Assembly (NCBI GenBank): GCA_031385045.1
Contig: JANNBC010000016.1
Coordinates: forward strand, 1-64,000
Direction: 5' to 3'
Length of the DNA: 64,000 nt
Origin: a bacterium
Lineage (GTDB): Bacteria > Bdellovibrionota_C > UBA2361 > CALJRW01
In this document: piece after piece, positions 61,593-64,000 of the stretch
Layout of the letters: every line of letters starts with the position of its first letter
How positions within the stretch are numbered: the first letter of the stretch is position 1
Notes under the pieces: generated by a model
The model's input: only the letters and a program-made list of their open reading frames with translations
The model's database searches: none
Told to the model about the DNA's origin: nothing
Made by a program: the position numbers and the translations under genes

Positions 61593-61629
61593 ATAGGTTT
61601 CAAAGTTCGACAGCATTATAAAGAGTTTT
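61593..61629 (+). repeat. att-like repeat 4 (core decayed)
   Basis: ATAGGTTTCAAAGTTCGACAGC is 18/22 identical to the repeat 1 arm, followed by ..AAAGAGTTTT. Confidence 0.55.
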
Positions 61630-61833
61630 GTTCTTTTATTAATAGATTTTCCTTCCTAAATTCAAACACATACTAAACGCGATTTTTTAATTGTTAATAC
61701 TACTAGATTATCGTGCTTCCAGTATCTTTCTTCGAATATTGCAATTCTCAATTAAGATTCCCTTCATGTATTTTATTGCTTTAATATCCTAAAGGAAGTT
61801 ATATTATTTTGCCAAGATTTATATGGAGACTAT

Positions 61834-62412
61834 ATGAAAAAAATTGTTCTAATATTACTGAGTATTATTTTCTGTACATTTAATATTCAAGCAGAAGTGG
61901 TGTGTATGAAAAATATCAAAAGATATAAAGTATCAGCTACTAGTAAAGTAAAAGTGAAAACACCTCAATTGTTAACGACTGAAGATTTAACTTGCCCTGC
62001 TGGATATACTCAATTAGTAGAAGTTCCAAGCAAACCTACTACCTTTATTGGCTCATGGAATTTGGCAGGACAAGGAAATGGTAGCTATGGGGCGGCAAGT
62101 ATTTCTTTTCCAGAACCTTTAGATTCCGATCCCAGCGAGGTTATTGTTGTGCAGTTTGGAACTAACAATGGGACATGTACAGGATCGTCTACCGCACCAA
62201 CTGCTCCAGCAGGCGTGCTTTGTATTTATGAAGGTTATCAGAGTGGACTAAGGAGTGATTTTAATAATCGATACAATGCCTTTACACCAGTCGATGACAG
62301 TGGTTCAGGGAGAAGCGCCTCAAGATTTGGAACAGCCTTATTTGGCTATCCAACTATTGCTTCGTCATTTGAATACTATGCTTTCGGTACTTGGGCGGTA
62401 ACAAAACCATAA
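61834..62412 (+). CDS. Secreted protein, paralog of 60758-61348
   Basis: GGAG RBS, signal peptide, same conserved motifs. Confidence 0.82.
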   Translation: MKKIVLILLSIIFCTFNIQAEVVCMKNIKRYKVSATSKVKVKTPQLLTTEDLTCPAGYTQLVEVPSKPTTFIGSWNLAGQGNGSYGAASISFPEPLDSDPSEVIVVQFGTNNGTCTGSSTAPTAPAGVLCIYEGYQSGLRSDFNNRYNAFTPVDDSGSGRSASRFGTALFGYPTIASSFEYYAFGTWAVTKP

Positions 62413-62474
62413 TTTAAACTTTTACAGATAAGTAAAGGGTTACGCTAGCTAAAATGCGTGATAAATTATTTTGT

Positions 62475-62746
62475 ATATACTAAAACACATTAAGTTTTTC
62501 CTTACGGCATGGAAAAATGCGAAGAGCATTTTCCGCTCATCGTGTTTTAGTATATTTGTTTTCCCCAATAATTAACCTTATAAAATAAGGTTAATTACCT
62601 TAGCGACCCCCAAGGGTCGCCGCAAGCACTTCGTGCTTGATATACTAGGCGATTAGATTTGGACGGTAATTATCAATGTCGCCTAGTATATACAAATACT
62701 TAGAGTTGGTAGTTGCAAATTTGAATCGGTGCTTCTAATTTGCAAC
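62475..62746. repeat. Cluster of six inverted repeats
   Basis: Perfect arms of 14, 13, 7, 7, 13 and 10 bp (detailed in findings). Confidence 0.75.
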
Positions 62747-62848
62747 AAATATTAATTGGCATTGGAAGGTAGGAGAAGTAGGCTCGCTCTACAGGCATTA
62801 AATTGTTTATTACTTTTATGCCATCGGTTAGTTTGTTACTTTAATAGC

Positions 62849-63145
62849 ATGAAAACAGGGCGTAACTTCAAACTATCCTTTTTAGTTGTTGCAATCTTGA
62901 GTTACATTCTTTATTTGGCTATTGGACAAAAGCCTCCCACCCAAACTAAGCCCCAATATCTTAGCTATGTAGTTGATCCAAAATTACAGGAATTAAGATT
63001 TTTTTCGAAAGACGACCAAAACAAAAAACTTCTAAGCATTAGAAGGTTGCTAGAATATTTAGTTGGGAGCGGTCAAGAATTAGTATCCGCTATGAATGGT
63101 GGGATGTATCAGATGGATTTTACACCCAAATTGATCTTCTCCTGA
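62849..63145 (+). pseudogene. 3'-truncated YigE/DUF2233 (phosphodiester glycosidase-like) gene
   Basis: VDPK...LRFF.KD...L.S...L...G.ELVSAMNGGMY...P is the family N-terminus; the ORF stops right after it, next to an inverted repeat at ~63145-63184. Confidence 0.65.
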
Positions 63146-63305
63146 TTTTTGGACTCCTAAGTCTATAGTTGGGGGTCCAAAAATCTGGGAAAGGTCATGA
63201 TGTCATACAGTTTTCCTCCTATTGATAGCCAAATGGTTTTGCTCATAAACAATTTCTTGACAAAGTTTATTCCAATTCGAGCCAGGCACAAGTTCAAAAA
63301 TAGCT

Positions 63306-64000
63306 TTAAGGAGCTGGTGCTAATTTGATAATATTACCTTTAGAATACTCTCTAGCAACTACTTCAAATTTTGCTTTTTGATTTTTAAAATTTACAACCT
63401 CATCCCAAGTAGCAATGTCTTTCATTTCTGAAAAGATTGTTTGAAAATTACTATTGTCAATTTGATGTCTTTCGCAGGCTTGATAAATTGCTTCGCTTGT
63501 TAAGTAGCAACTATAGCCCATGGCAGAAGGCTCTTTGCCGTTAGTTAATTTTTTATACTGCAAGGTGAAATTTAGCTTTTCTACACCAGTTTCAACATAA
63601 GTAATTTTGTCTAGTAATTCTTTAGTAAGTCCCTTTAGAACATCTTCATAACGAATCATAAATGTTGTGTAGATTTTTTGTTGCATCCCAGCGGAGCGAA
63701 ATTGCTTGATAAAAATTGCTAATTGATTTGGAGCTAATCCAACGAAAACAGTGTCGGCATTACTTTGCTTAATTTTCAGGATGATACTTCGAAAATCATT
63801 AAACTCAGGATCTACATGCTCAGTTTCACGAAGACTCCCTCCTAATTCTTTAAATTTTTTAATTAGTCCTTGTTCAAAGGATAATAACCAGTCATCTTCT
63901 CTGGTTAGAGAATAAATATTCTTTATGCCATCTTGAATCATGATCTGAGCAAGTAAGCTTGATTCATCATCAGTGCTAGGCCAAAACTGATAAGCATAGG
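63306..64000 (-). CDS. LivK-like binding protein (5' end beyond the window)
   Basis: DFRSIILKIKQ..AD.VFV motif; frame open to the window edge. Confidence 0.8.
   Translation of the reverse strand, partial: YAYQFWPSTDDESSLLAQIMIQDGIKNIYSLTREDDWLLSFEQGLIKKFKELGGSLRETEHVDPEFNDFRSIILKIKQSNADTVFVGLAPNQLAIFIKQFRSAGMQQKIYTTFMIRYEDVLKGLTKELLDKITYVETGVEKLNFTLQYKKLTNGKEPSAMGYSCYLTSEAIYQACERHQIDNSNFQTIFSEMKDIATWDEVVNFKNQKAKFEVVAREYSKGNIIKLAPAP

Larger units (their letters stand above)
55236..61629. mobile_element. tRNA-Asn-anchored island made of tandem att-delimited units
   Basis: att-like repeats at 56606, 58942, 59777 and 61593; recombinase remnant; pseudogenes and orphan cargo. Confidence 0.75.

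Noticed and set aside
55236..61629. att-like repeats as a CRISPR array or integron attC sites
   Set aside because: Spacing is 0.8-2.3 kb, there are no cas or intI genes, and the repeats lack attC R-box palindromes

Overview
AT-rich bacterial chromosomal window; the gene content (phoH-HD-ybeY, pilQ, MoxR/VWA cluster, ffs-dnaX-ybaB-recR) suggests a Gram-negative, probably deltaproteobacterial/Bdellovibrionota-like lineage (inference). Three zones. (1) 1-16.9 kb accessory: IS3-family left end plus an orphan copy of it, two AAA_14/DUF4143 ATPases, a NitT/TauT/SsuABC-type ABC transporter, five orphan LivK-like binding proteins, a MenAT-like toxin-antitoxin pair, an ArnT/PMT-like glycosyltransferase and decayed genes. 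(2) 16.9-55 kb mostly core: ybeY, 7TM-HD, phoH, alaS, tpx, cinA, M23 peptidase, ruvX, mltG, MoxR-DUF58-VWA cluster, trxB, RluA-family, rnhA, two SLTs, mnmG, pilQ with two lipoproteins, accBC, SRP RNA, dnaX (A10 slippery tract), ybaB, recR. (3) 55.2-64 kb: an integration hotspot downstream of tRNA-Asn(GTT). Four co-oriented ~35-bp att-like repeats share the tRNA 3'-end core GGGGAGTTT (decayed in the last copy). One lies in frame inside the 3' end of a large serine recombinase remnant. They divide the DNA into 0.8-2.3 kb, mostly integrase-less cargo units (HATPase+STAS pair, secreted proteins, pseudogenes). This cassette-like array is the best candidate for an undescribed system. All calls come from motif recognition by eye; no searches were run.
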